A stretch of DNA of 64,000 bases from an uncultured Candidatus Poseidoniales archaeon (GCA_964585295.1 CAZPCY010000004.1:1674-65673); one strand, 5' to 3'; numbered from the stretch's first letter, positions 39,952 to 50,102 are shown. The notes: a model not told the origin generated them from the sequence alone. Program-made: numbers and translations.

Positions 39952-40707
39952 TCAGCGACGATTGTTGATCTTCTTGAGGAGACGAAGTATCTCGATGTAC
40001 AGCCATACTAGGGTCACGAGCAGTCCAAATGCCGCTCTCCATTCCAATTCCTTGGGGGCACCGTTCTCGACCCCTCTCTCGATGAAATCAAAATCAGCGA
40101 CCAAGGTCAGAGAGGCGATTGCGATGACCACCAATGAGAAGCCGATGCCGATTGGTCCCGATGAGTGAATGTAAGGAACGTGGATTCCGACCAGCGCGCC
40201 GGCGAATGAGAAGAGGTAGATTAGGAATATCGCGCTTATTGCCGAAGCCAAGGCGATTCTCATGTTCTCCGTATATGGGATGGCCCCGGTTCTATAGATT
40301 CCAAGCATGACTGCAAATATTCCGAAGGTGAGCATAACGGCTTGCGGGACAATCGCTACATCCGGATACATCAGAGCCGCGATGGTAGACATACCGCCGA
40401 GCATGAATCCCTCGGCGGTCGCATAAAGGGAGACGAGCAGAGGTGAGGTTCTTCCAGTAGTGATGATGACTATCAACAGAATGAACCCAACTATCCCTCC
40501 GATGATCATCGCCAGCATTGCTAGACTTACCTCGCCAGACATCCAAGTCAAGGACCAGACCATACTCGCAGCCGAGACTACGAGTGCGAGCAGAATCCCG
40601 GTCTTGGTGACTACTCCCTCGATGGTCATCCTGTCTTGGTCCACTTCGATTCCTAGAATCGACGCGAAGGTGCCTTCGTTCAGAGCTGGATTGCCAGACC
40701 TATACAT
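39952..40707 (-). CDS. Bax inhibitor-1/YccA family membrane protein
   Basis: SGNPAL, MT..GV..KT, DFD.IE.GV..GAPK..EW.AAFGL.VTLVWLY.EILRLL. Confidence 0.9.
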   Translation of the reverse strand: MYRSGNPALNEGTFASILGIEVDQDRMTIEGVVTKTGILLALVVSAASMVWSLTWMSGEVSLAMLAMIIGGIVGFILLIVIITTGRTSPLLVSLYATAEGFMLGGMSTIAALMYPDVAIVPQAVMLTFGIFAVMLGIYRTGAIPYTENMRIALASAISAIFLIYLFSFAGALVGIHVPYIHSSGPIGIGFSLVVIAIASLTLVADFDFIERGVENGAPKELEWRAAFGLLVTLVWLYIEILRLLKKINNRR

Positions 40708-40744
40708 TGAGCCCGCGAGGACGGCTGGCGTTCTCAAGGATTGC

Positions 40745-41440
40745 TCATTCAGATTTTCCCGGCCTCTCCGTCCAATCGATGCGCTTCCCGATGCTTCGAC
40801 CCATTGACGATTCGATGCACTCGAGTAGCGCCTCCTCGAAGCGGAATCGGTCTATCTTGGCCCCATGACGATCGACATTCTTCCCGATGGCTGCGAGCGA
40901 GGTGGTAGTTCCAGCCTCAAGACCGCAGCCTTGCAAATCCTCAACTCGACCAGGCTCCGTGTCGATGTTGATTGAGACGCCGTGTCTACTCACCCAATGT
41001 CGGAAGGAGAGGCCGATGCTCGCTATCTTCGCCCCATCGACCCAGACTCCCTGCATGCGAGGGTCTAGATGGCCATCTATGCCTAACTCCGACAACGCGT
41101 TGATGACCCAGCATTCGAGCAGGTTGATCACCTTGGGAACCGAACGCTCCTCTAGATTCCAACCGAAGACAGGGTAGACGACGCACTGCCCAGGTCCATG
41201 GTAGGTGATGTCTCCACCTCTGTCGACGTCCCTTACTTGATAGGAAGATTCGACCTCAACTCCGTCGCGCTGCGCTCTAGGTCCTCTAGTGACGATTTCC
41301 GGGTGCTCGACGAGGATAAGAGAGTCCGGTATCTCGTACGCGATTCTGAGGGTCTGCAGCCTGCGCATCTCATCGTCAACCACGGAATGTTCGAGGACAC
41401 CTGCATCGATCACCAGAATCGATGCGAGGTCATCGGCCAT
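40745..41440 (-). CDS. lipB: Lipoyl(octanoyl) transferase
   Basis: VEHP...T.G, RGGDITYHGPGQ, KIASIG, HG.SIN, CG. Confidence 0.9.
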   Translation of the reverse strand: MADDLASILVIDAGVLEHSVVDDEMRRLQTLRIAYEIPDSLILVEHPEIVTRGPRAQRDGVEVESSYQVRDVDRGGDITYHGPGQCVVYPVFGWNLEERSVPKVINLLECWVINALSELGIDGHLDPRMQGVWVDGAKIASIGLSFRHWVSRHGVSINIDTEPGRVEDLQGCGLEAGTTTSLAAIGKNVDRHGAKIDRFRFEEALLECIESSMGRSIGKRIDWTERPGKSE

Positions 41441-41617
41441 CTGAGATCACCCGTCATCGACCACTTTACCATCCGTTGCGGCCTTAAGCTAGGTCAACCC
41501 ATTCCAGATGTTGGCCCAGATTCTCCCCGATGGTCCTAGAATGGCCCACTGTCATGGGCGTGGTTCGTGGATGACCGTTGAAAAATCGACCGGATCGGTC
41601 GGAGGGGAAGGACTCTG

Positions 41618-43045
41618 TCACACCGAGTGTATTGCATGTCCGAGTGACTTCAGGATTGACTCGTGGAACGATTCCGTCATCGTCGGGTGGGCGTGCACCG
41701 TCTGTGCGACATCTTCGAGGGTAGCACCCATCTCTAGAGCGAGGACGAATTCACCACTGAGTTCTGCGATATGACTGCCCACTGCTTGTATGCCAAGTAT
41801 GAGGTGATCAGAAGAGCGTGCCACGACTCGAACGAAGCCACCGCTCTTGTCCGCCTCCAGAGTCAGGGCTCGGCCATTGCCTGCAAGCGGGAACTTGCCG
41901 ACCACTACATCGCATTCGGCAGCCGCCTGATCGGGATTCATCCCTACACTGACAATCTCCGGTTCGGTGAATACTATTGCAGGTACCGCGACCTTGTCCC
42001 AAGCCCGGCTCCTTCCAGCGATGATCTCAGCCACCATCTCCCCTTGGGCACTCGCCTTGTGTGCCAACATCGGCTCACCGGCCAGATCTCCGATGGCGTA
42101 TACTCCGCGCATGTTCGTCCCGCACCGTTCGTCGATGGCGACGAATCTCCCTGATTCATCCATGGCGACTCCCATTGAGTCGAGACCCCAGCCATCGATG
42201 TTCGGCCGCCTACCAACCGTGACGAGGACCTTGTCGACGGTGGTGGATGAAGCACCACCTTCCTGATCGGTCCATGAGATGGTCACCATACCGTTGGGTT
42301 CGCTATTCGTACCAGTTGCCGAGCAACCAGTGTGCACGACCAATCCGTTCCGCTTCATCCATCGTTCCAGAGGGCGTCTCAGTTCGGCGTCGAACATCGG
42401 TAGCACCGACTCCATACCCTCGATGACGGTCACCTCGGAGCCGAGGCGGCGCAAGGCACAGCCCAGCTCTAATCCGATGTATCCACCGCCAACCACCGCG
42501 AACGAATCGGGCAAATTGTCGAGTTCGAGTGCTTCCGTCGAGGAGATGACACGATCTCCATCAATAGGCATGAACGGTAAATCGATTGGCGAGGATCCTG
42601 TGGCTAGGATGACGTTGGAGGCTTGGATTCTGACAACATCCCCGTCCGTGAGCTGGACATCGCATGTCTTGGCGTCTCGGAATGTCGCCCAACCGTGCAG
42701 GAGATCGGCTCCTGCTTTTGCCAGCAGTGTCTCGACGCCCTTGTTCAAGCGATCCACTATTCCATCCTTCCAATCGATTAGGGCTTCCATCTCTATCTTC
42801 GGGTCCTCAGCCTTGATCCCCATGTGACCTGCCTCGGCAGCGTGTTCGGCCAGTGCTTCAAACCGCTCGGCAGCGTGAATAATCGCCTTTGATGGGATGC
42901 AGCCTCTGATGAGACAGGTGCCGCCCGCTCTGGACCCCTCGACGATAATCGTGTCGAGGCCTAGTTGAGCCGCCCTGATGGCAGCGACGTATCCACCGGG
43001 GCCGGCGCCAACCACCAAGACCTCGCAACGTCGCGATTTGGCCAT
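41618..43045 (-). CDS. lpdA: Dihydrolipoamide dehydrogenase (E3)
   Basis: GAGPGGY, GGTCLIRGCIPSK, GGGYIGLE, HAHPTMTE. Confidence 0.96.
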   Translation of the reverse strand: MAKSRRCEVLVVGAGPGGYVAAIRAAQLGLDTIIVEGSRAGGTCLIRGCIPSKAIIHAAERFEALAEHAAEAGHMGIKAEDPKIEMEALIDWKDGIVDRLNKGVETLLAKAGADLLHGWATFRDAKTCDVQLTDGDVVRIQASNVILATGSSPIDLPFMPIDGDRVISSTEALELDNLPDSFAVVGGGYIGLELGCALRRLGSEVTVIEGMESVLPMFDAELRRPLERWMKRNGLVVHTGCSATGTNSEPNGMVTISWTDQEGGASSTTVDKVLVTVGRRPNIDGWGLDSMGVAMDESGRFVAIDERCGTNMRGVYAIGDLAGEPMLAHKASAQGEMVAEIIAGRSRAWDKVAVPAIVFTEPEIVSVGMNPDQAAAECDVVVGKFPLAGNGRALTLEADKSGGFVRVVARSSDHLILGIQAVGSHIAELSGEFVLALEMGATLEDVAQTVHAHPTMTESFHESILKSLGHAIHSV

Positions 43046-43071
43046 CTCGATGCCCCCTGATAGCCGCTTCC

Positions 43072-44358
43072 TCACATGAAGATCAGAGCCGGATGCTCTA
43101 GCATCCTTTTGATGGTCTGCACAAGTGCTGCCCCATCTGATCCATCCACCACTCTATGGTCGAATGACGAAGAGAGGTTCATCATGCGCCTGACCTCTAT
43201 TCTTCCTTCGACCACCATCGGACGCTCCAGCGCCTTGTGGACGCCAAGTATGCCGACCTCAGGATGGTTGATGATTGGTGTCGCTCCGATACCTCCATCC
43301 CGACCTAAGCTGGTAATCGTGAATGTCGATCCTCCGAGTTCATCGACAGCTATGGTCCCGTCTCGTGCGGCGCCGCTCAACCTGCCGAGTTGGGCTGCAG
43401 CGGTCCACACATCCATCTCCTCCACGTGCTTGACAACGGGAACATAGAGTCCTCTCTCGGTGCTCGTCGCGATGCCTAGGTTGACCGCCTCGTGCCTGAT
43501 TACGGTGTTGGCATCCTCATCGTGGATGGCATTGCACTCGGGATGCGATGGCATCGCTCGAGCAATCGCGAGCATGATGAAAGGCAGGTATGTGAGCTTC
43601 GGTTGTTCTGGCGCCCTGCTGTCATTGAGCGCCTTCCTCAGCGCCTCCAATTCGGTCACATCGACCTCCTCAAAGTACGAGAAGTGTGGGATGTTGCTGC
43701 TGCTGATGACCATCTTCTCAGCAATCTTCCTACGAAGGCCCATGACCGGATGCTCACTGGCCCCAGTCCGCTTCACTCCAGCCGGCTTGGAGGGCAGAGG
43801 TTGCATCGCGCCGCTAACAGATGCGCCAGCCAAACGTGCGTCTAGGTCGGCATGGGTGACGCGGCCGGCAGGACCGCTGCCTGCTATCGTCGCGAGATCG
43901 ATGCCGCTCTCACGAGCCCGGTGGCGTACGGCGGGGCTCGCTATCGCCCGTCCTCCCGTATGGGTCGATGGTGGAGTCTGCACGCTTTGTGGAAGCGCTT
44001 CGGTCTGACCCGAATCCTCTAGTTCGGCAGTCTGGTAGGTCGGCTCCGGATCGCTCGCGACTGATGCAGTTTCAGACTCACTGGTATCAGCCTCTTCATA
44101 GTCCGCGTTTCCCCCTCCCTCCACTTCGAACTCGATGAACACCTTGCCGACTGGAATCACTTCTCCGACTGCACCGGTAGCTGAGAGGACGGTGCCATCG
44201 ACTGGACTGGGAATCTCCACGGTCGCCTTGTCTGTCATCACCTCGAGGATTGGGTCGTCCTCGATGACCTTCGATCCGACCTCTACATGCCAGACGACGA
44301 TCTCACCTTCGACGACTCCTTCACCGATGTCCGGCAATCTGAATTGGTACAACCCCAT
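43072..44358 (-). CDS. 2-oxoacid dehydrogenase E2 dihydrolipoamide acyltransferase
   Basis: Lipoyl domain EVMTDKATVE, E3-binding ASPAVR..GSGPAGR, catalytic SFDHRVVDG. Confidence 0.95.
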   Translation of the reverse strand: MGLYQFRLPDIGEGVVEGEIVVWHVEVGSKVIEDDPILEVMTDKATVEIPSPVDGTVLSATGAVGEVIPVGKVFIEFEVEGGGNADYEEADTSESETASVASDPEPTYQTAELEDSGQTEALPQSVQTPPSTHTGGRAIASPAVRHRARESGIDLATIAGSGPAGRVTHADLDARLAGASVSGAMQPLPSKPAGVKRTGASEHPVMGLRRKIAEKMVISSSNIPHFSYFEEVDVTELEALRKALNDSRAPEQPKLTYLPFIMLAIARAMPSHPECNAIHDEDANTVIRHEAVNLGIATSTERGLYVPVVKHVEEMDVWTAAAQLGRLSGAARDGTIAVDELGGSTFTITSLGRDGGIGATPIINHPEVGILGVHKALERPMVVEGRIEVRRMMNLSSSFDHRVVDGSDGAALVQTIKRMLEHPALIFM

Positions 44359-44360
44359 AC

Positions 44361-45371
44361 TCAAACCTCCTGCGTCCGACCGATTGCCTCGGCTATGCGG
44401 TGTGGGCTCGGCATGTAATCCCATTCCGTCGTGTGGGGGAAAGGAGTGTCCCAACCCGTCACTCTCTCGATTGGCGTCTCTAGATGCCAGAAGCAACGCT
44501 CCTGAACACTAGCGGCCATCTCGGCGCCGAATCCACTGGTCTTAGGAGCCTCGTGCACAATCACACATCTCCCGGTTCTTCTGACCGAATCGACCACGGT
44601 CTCTCGGTCCCATGGGACGAGCGACTGCAGATCGATAAGGTCGCACGACACACCTGAGATGTCGATCGCCGCTTCGCTGACATGGACCATCGCTCCCCAT
44701 GAGATGACTGTGCAATCATTACCTCTCTTGACCATCCTCGCTTGTCCTATCGGTATCCTGAGGGTGCCTTCAGGAACCTCGGCATCAGGGTGGTCAGTCC
44801 ACGTCGGAACAGGGTGTGGGGCACCATTGAAGGGGCCTCTGTAGCAGCGCTTAGGCTCGAAGAACACGACCGGGTCGTCGGATTCTACCGCGCTGGTGAG
44901 CAGACCCTTGGCGTTGTGTGGGGTCGAACAGTAGACCACCTGGAGGCCTGGGGTGTGGGTGAATTGCGACTCTGGTGACTGCGAGTGGTGATGGCCTCCA
45001 CGGATTCCTCCTCCTGCAGGTGTGCGTACCGTGACAGGGGTCCAGAACTCGCCTCCCGAACGGTGCCTAATCTTCGCTATCTCGTTGACGATTTGATCGT
45101 AGGCAGGGAAAATGTAGTCCGCGAATTGCATCTCGGCCACCGGTCGCAAGCCGTTCAATCCCATTCCCATCGCCATGGATGCTATGCCACCCTCTGCCAG
45201 TGGTGTGTCGAAGACTCGGTGCGCTCCATGTTTATCCTGCAATCCATCTGTGACCCTGAATACGCCTCCGAAGTAGCCGACATCCTCCCCGAAGACAACC
45301 ACCGAAGGATCGCGTTCCAGCAGGTCGTCGAGGGCGCTGTTCAGCGCTTGGATCATGTTCATGCTAGGCAT
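44361..45371 (-). CDS. 2-oxoacid (probably branched-chain) dehydrogenase E1 beta
   Basis: FGEDV..FGGVFR, FDTPLAE, EMQFADY, HSQSPE, EPKR.Y. Confidence 0.95.
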   Translation of the reverse strand: MPSMNMIQALNSALDDLLERDPSVVVFGEDVGYFGGVFRVTDGLQDKHGAHRVFDTPLAEGGIASMAMGMGLNGLRPVAEMQFADYIFPAYDQIVNEIAKIRHRSGGEFWTPVTVRTPAGGGIRGGHHHSQSPESQFTHTPGLQVVYCSTPHNAKGLLTSAVESDDPVVFFEPKRCYRGPFNGAPHPVPTWTDHPDAEVPEGTLRIPIGQARMVKRGNDCTVISWGAMVHVSEAAIDISGVSCDLIDLQSLVPWDRETVVDSVRRTGRCVIVHEAPKTSGFGAEMAASVQERCFWHLETPIERVTGWDTPFPHTTEWDYMPSPHRIAEAIGRTQEV

Positions 45372-45385
45372 TAATGACCCTCCAT

Positions 45386-46627
45386 TCAGACGCCGAGCTC
45401 CTCTCGCTGCTCTTGGATGTGCCACGGTATCTCAGCGTAGACATCGGAGAAGATTGTCGAAGCGGACGGCCATGGTCCATTGGCGAGGTCGCCGTAGGAG
45501 GTCGCCTCCTTGTACGCCTCTACGATCTTTGAGTCGATTCTATCGATGGCTGACCGATGCTTTTCATCATCCCATTCGCCAATAGCCACCAGATGTTCGC
45601 GGAGGCGCTCGATTGGATCTCCTCCGGGCCATTCCAGATGCTCTTCTGCCGGCCGGTATCTGCTTGGGTCATCGCTGCTGCTGTGAGCGCCGGATCGATA
45701 GGTGAAGACCTCGATGTGAGTGGCACCAGCACCAGAGGCCGCCCGCTCCCTAGCCCATGCGGTGACCGAGTACAGAGCTAGGAAGTCGTTCCCATCTACA
45801 CGGAATGAGGGGATGTCGTAAGCGATTCCACGCTCTGCGAAGGTCGCACCGCCGGTTGCGAGGTTTCGATGGGTACTGATGGCGAATTGGTTGTTGACCA
45901 CGTTAAGGATGACTGGCGGCTTGTAGACGCTTGCGAAGTTCAGGCCGTAGTGATAGTCGCCCTGAGCGCTGGTGCCGTCACCGAGCCAAGTTATCGTGAC
46001 CTCGTCATCTCCCTTGTAGGCACTCGCCATCGCGACACCCACCGCTTGGTTGAACTGGGTACCCACAGGGCTGGAGATGGAGATGAATCGCCCATCTTTC
46101 CAAGTGTAGTGGACCGGCATCTGCCTCCCTTTCACATTGTCCATCTCGTTGCCGATGCAGTGGTTCATCATGCTGACTAGATCGCGTCCTCTAACGAACT
46201 GAGCTCCAGGCTGTCGGTATGACGGGAATATCCAATCCTGTGGTTGCAGAGCCATCGTTTGCGCAATCGCCACTGCCTCTTCACCGTACGAACGCATGTA
46301 GAAAGAGAGCTTCCCAGTCCGTTGCAGTTTCATCATCCGGTCATCGTATATGCGGAGTCGAAGCATGTGCTCCAGCCCCTCGCGGAGAACATCGGGTGAG
46401 AGATTTGGGTCCCAGGAACCCGACGCTTTGCCGTCATCTCCTAGGACTCTCACTAGACCGCGTGCGTGCTCCATCGTGTCAGCGGCTTCACAAGATCTAG
46501 GTTCGGGCCTATTCAAATCGCCCGGCTTCCATGGCCAAGATGCGAACTCAGCTTCGTCACCGGGCCTGTGTGGGGCGGTCGGGACGCAGTAAGGGGACGC
46601 GGTGGCTAGAGGCGTCTCCTCCGACAT
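45386..46627 (-). CDS. 2-oxoacid (probably branched-chain) dehydrogenase E1 alpha
   Basis: N-terminal VP..P.RPGD motif as in proteobacterial BkdA1, KGRQMPVHY, TPP motif GDG..NN, HSSSDDPSRYR. Confidence 0.93.
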   Translation of the reverse strand: MSEETPLATASPYCVPTAPHRPGDEAEFASWPWKPGDLNRPEPRSCEAADTMEHARGLVRVLGDDGKASGSWDPNLSPDVLREGLEHMLRLRIYDDRMMKLQRTGKLSFYMRSYGEEAVAIAQTMALQPQDWIFPSYRQPGAQFVRGRDLVSMMNHCIGNEMDNVKGRQMPVHYTWKDGRFISISSPVGTQFNQAVGVAMASAYKGDDEVTITWLGDGTSAQGDYHYGLNFASVYKPPVILNVVNNQFAISTHRNLATGGATFAERGIAYDIPSFRVDGNDFLALYSVTAWARERAASGAGATHIEVFTYRSGAHSSSDDPSRYRPAEEHLEWPGGDPIERLREHLVAIGEWDDEKHRSAIDRIDSKIVEAYKEATSYGDLANGPWPSASTIFSDVYAEIPWHIQEQREELGV

Positions 46628-46704
46628 GCCACCGGCTTGTGGGGGCGTGCTATCATGGTTCCCCAATTCGATCTTCGTCCGCATGCTCGGTTCCTCCTCC
46701 GACC

Positions 46705-47745
46705 TCATTGAACGATGTGCGTGATGGCAGACCCTGATGGGTCGGAAGCGATGGGCGGTGATTCTCCGAGCGCTTCGAAGAGTAATCGTCCAGCCCGGTA
46801 GGATGAGCGGACAAGCGGTCCAGAAGCGACCGCAAGGAATCCCGCTTCGCGTGCCTCGGCATCCCAGTCAGCGAATCTATTCGGCTGTGGAAATCGATCG
46901 ATAGGAAGATGTCTGTCGGAAGGTTGCAGGTACTGTCCTATGGTGAGGATGTCGACCCCCGCACCTCGAAGCCGTTCGATAGCATCCGATACTTCCTCAT
47001 CGGTCTCACCAACTCCGACCATCAAGCTCGACTTAGTCATCAGGTCAGGTCGCAGTCTCTTGGCCTCGAGCAGAATCAAGATTGATTGATCGAAGGAAGC
47101 GCGGGCGTCGCGGACAATCTTATCCAATCGAGGCACGCATTCCACATTGTGTGCGAATACTTGGATCGGCAAATCAGCGAGGAGATTAGCCAGCGCCTCC
47201 ATGTTCCCATCGAGGTCCGAGCACAGGAACTCGAGATTGACGGATGGAACCCGATCGTGGACGGCCAGCAGGCATGATCTGTAGTGTGATGCACCACCGT
47301 CGTCTAGGTCATCCCTGTTGACGCAGGTCACGACAGCGTGGTCGAGCCCCATCGATTCGACCGTAGCAGCCAATCTGTCCGGCTCCTCTGGATCCAGTGG
47401 TGGTGGTTCTCGAATGGTTCCGACCGCACAGAATCTGCATCCACGTGTGCAGGTTTCTCCTGCGACCATGAAGGTCGCAGTTCCCCGACCCCAACAATCG
47501 TGTATGTTCGGACAACGCGCCTCTTGGCATACCGTGTGCAAGGAGCCGTCCAGAACGGCATCTCTCGTGGAGTTGAATCGAGTCTGTCCGGCTCCGGTAG
47601 GGAGTCGGGTCCTGAACCATCTAGGCAATCGTTTTCGTTGCCCACGGCGGCGGTCCACGGCCGACATCCTCGCGCTGCCACCGCAGCCACCAGAGTTCGC
47701 CTCATCTGGTTCATGGATGATTGGAAGACGCCTTTCATCCTCCAT
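46705..47745 (-). CDS. lipA: Lipoyl synthase
   Basis: CQEARCPNIHDC, CTRGCRFC, GQYLQP, VRSSY. Confidence 0.95.
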   Translation of the reverse strand: MEDERRLPIIHEPDEANSGGCGGSARMSAVDRRRGQRKRLPRWFRTRLPTGAGQTRFNSTRDAVLDGSLHTVCQEARCPNIHDCWGRGTATFMVAGETCTRGCRFCAVGTIREPPPLDPEEPDRLAATVESMGLDHAVVTCVNRDDLDDGGASHYRSCLLAVHDRVPSVNLEFLCSDLDGNMEALANLLADLPIQVFAHNVECVPRLDKIVRDARASFDQSILILLEAKRLRPDLMTKSSLMVGVGETDEEVSDAIERLRGAGVDILTIGQYLQPSDRHLPIDRFPQPNRFADWDAEAREAGFLAVASGPLVRSSYRAGRLLFEALGESPPIASDPSGSAITHIVQ

Positions 47746-47884
47746 CGCGACTGCCCCCCCTAGCAGGTCTCGGAGCCTGCCGGATATACGTTCGCTCAAA
47801 CTCGCCCCTGGTCTCCGGATGCCAGAAAGAGCCAGACATGGGTTCTCCGGCACCCTGAAGTCGCATAGTCCTACTCGACCACCG

Positions 47885-48682
47885 ATGCCGGCGGCAATCA
47901 TCACCGGAGCATCCCGCAGAATAGGGCGGGCTATCGCCCTCCGTCTCGCGGACGACGGCTACGATCTCATTGTTCATCATCGATCGTCCGCAGATGCAGC
48001 CGATGATGTCGCAACTGTTGCGCGTTCCTTAGGAGTGGAGAGCGCTGTCGTCTCCTGCGATTTGACCGATCTAGGTTCCGCCGAGAAACTGGTAGGAGCT
48101 GCCTTCGAGAAGTTCGGTAGTGTGGGTGCCTTGGTCAACAGTGCCTCCATGTTCGAAGCAGACGATTGGCAAGACGTCACCATCGAGATGATGCAGGCCC
48201 ACATGGCAGTGAATGTCTTCGCACCTCTGGATCTCAGCAGGGCCGTAGCCTCAGCCGCGTCCAAATCAGACGCCGACCCAGGATCTGTGAGCATCGTCAA
48301 CATCCTAGATCAGAAACTAATCAATCCGAACCCCGACCACATCTCATACACGATGTCCAAGAGCGCTCTAGAGGTACAGACTAGGATGCTCGCTCGAGCC
48401 TTGGCACCCATTGTTCGAGTAAATGCAGTCTCACCCGGTCACACCGCACCCTCACCCCGTCAGTCGGAGGAGTCGTTCCAACGCGCACAGTCCTCATCCC
48501 CACTCGGTTTCGGTCCATCTCCTGGCGACATAGCGGACGCGGTCTCGTTTCTCTGCCACACCCGTTCTGTGACCGGCCAGATACTGACGGTCGATGCCGG
48601 AGAGCACATGCTCTCAAGATTACGAGACGTTGAGTATGAATGGCATGGGTCAGGATTGATAGAGCGAACTCCATCGGAGTGA
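47885..48682 (+). CDS. SDR oxidoreductase, pteridine-reductase (FolM/PTR1)-like
   Basis: TGASRRIG, VNSASMF, NILDQK, SYTMSK (YxxxK); immediately upstream of folB. Confidence 0.85.
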   Translation: MPAAIITGASRRIGRAIALRLADDGYDLIVHHRSSADAADDVATVARSLGVESAVVSCDLTDLGSAEKLVGAAFEKFGSVGALVNSASMFEADDWQDVTIEMMQAHMAVNVFAPLDLSRAVASAASKSDADPGSVSIVNILDQKLINPNPDHISYTMSKSALEVQTRMLARALAPIVRVNAVSPGHTAPSPRQSEESFQRAQSSSPLGFGPSPGDIADAVSFLCHTRSVTGQILTVDAGEHMLSRLRDVEYEWHGSGLIERTPSE

Positions 48683-48684
48683 CT

Positions 48685-49098
48685 ATGCAAGAGAGCGCAT
48701 TGATGGTTCTTCTCCGAGAGCGCGGGACGGGCTTCACTACGCTGTTCGTCGAGGGCCTCGTGAAGAGAGCTGACATCGGTGTCCTCGACCATGAAAGAGG
48801 CGTCCTTCAACGGCTGCGATTCGATGTCGAGGTGCACATCAAGGGCGCCTCGGCCCCGGTAGAGGATCGAATCGATGCAGTGTTGGACTACGATTCTATT
48901 GAGGCATCGATTGATCGGCTACTTTCAGGTCCTCGCAGCGAGTTACTGGAAACCCTGTGTAGCCACTTGCTCGACTCATTGCTCTCATCACCTGAGGTCA
49001 CTGCTGCATCGGTATCCATTGCCAAGATGGATGTCTTGGATGGTGACGCATCTGTCGGCTGTCGTATGACCCGCTTCGTCGATCATGTGACGGTCTAG
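48685..49098 (+). CDS. folB: Dihydroneopterin aldolase
   Basis: FVEGL....IGV..HER...Q.L..DV, LDY, LLETL, V.I.K. Confidence 0.85.
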   Translation: MQESALMVLLRERGTGFTTLFVEGLVKRADIGVLDHERGVLQRLRFDVEVHIKGASAPVEDRIDAVLDYDSIEASIDRLLSGPRSELLETLCSHLLDSLLSSPEVTAASVSIAKMDVLDGDASVGCRMTRFVDHVTV

Positions 49099-49145
49099 CA
49101 TGACCGCCCATCGACATATATCCTTGACCCATCCTCGCAGGTGTC

Positions 49146-50102
49146 ATGGTGTGGCGAGTCGCACATGATTTCGATCCGTCCCGACCCATCTCCGGTGGGA
49201 GATTCGGCCGGACTTCAGTCCACAGTTCTCTGGAATTCGAGATCTCGGGCGGACATCTGCGAGCCCATCTTGGACCTGCGACCGCAGAGTGGCCTCTCTC
49301 CTCCCTCGCTGCCGTTCATGTCGAAGAAGTGGGGACAAGATTCCCACCTATGTGGTCGATTTGGATTGATCAGGAGAGCCGTTCCTTCGAATTGATGCGA
49401 ACCACGGATCAGATTGACGCGCTCATACTAGGGGAAAGGATCGCAGCCCACGCTGGCGTCCGTTTCGCAGAGCACACTGGACGAGAGGTCGAAGCGGACG
49501 AGCATGGATTGAGCGTCATCCAGCAGATTGCCCGATATCCAGATCGCTGGGATCGTCCACCAAGGACCGAATCGATGCGCGGTAGGGTCGTCGCGAACGA
49601 AGATTCTGTGATTGCACATCTGCCATCCGAGTTGCAGACATCCTCCTTCGTTCTTCTCGGACTGGCTATCGTCTTGGCAATCGCGAGCGGTCCATTGAGT
49701 TACCTAGCTTTCTTTGTCACTCAGCCCGTCCTTGGTATGATCCAACTCTTCTGGATGCCTCTTCTCTCCTTGTTCGTAGTCATACTTTCCGCGGCATGGT
49801 TGAATCAGTTGCATCATAGTGTTGAGTCGAAGCACCGTTTGGTCATTTCGAAGAATGGGGTGGAACTGCGTGGTGCTCTCTTCGGTATACTTCCGATTCC
49901 CGGCACGGTGGTTCATCTCTCCGAACTACGAGACATCGATGCCACCGAACGACGAGGATTGACGATACTCCTAGGTGACCGCCGATTCAACTGCAGCATG
50001 GATGTGCTAGAGGCGGAATGCCTCATCGGAGAGATTGCCAGCTCTCTGGAGGACATCGGAGCCATCCCCCGGCAGATGGCCGCGCCTCCGGAAGAGGAGT
50101 GA
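49146..50102 (+). CDS. Hypothetical membrane protein
   Basis: Two central TMs flanked by beta-rich soluble domains. Confidence 0.6.
   Translation: MVWRVAHDFDPSRPISGGRFGRTSVHSSLEFEISGGHLRAHLGPATAEWPLSSLAAVHVEEVGTRFPPMWSIWIDQESRSFELMRTTDQIDALILGERIAAHAGVRFAEHTGREVEADEHGLSVIQQIARYPDRWDRPPRTESMRGRVVANEDSVIAHLPSELQTSSFVLLGLAIVLAIASGPLSYLAFFVTQPVLGMIQLFWMPLLSLFVVILSAAWLNQLHHSVESKHRLVISKNGVELRGALFGILPIPGTVVHLSELRDIDATERRGLTILLGDRRFNCSMDVLEAECLIGEIASSLEDIGAIPRQMAAPPEEE

Noticed and set aside
47318..47884. N-terminal extension of the SDR (454-aa ORF)
   Set aside because: Antisense to lipA; the Rossmann motif starts at ATG 47885.
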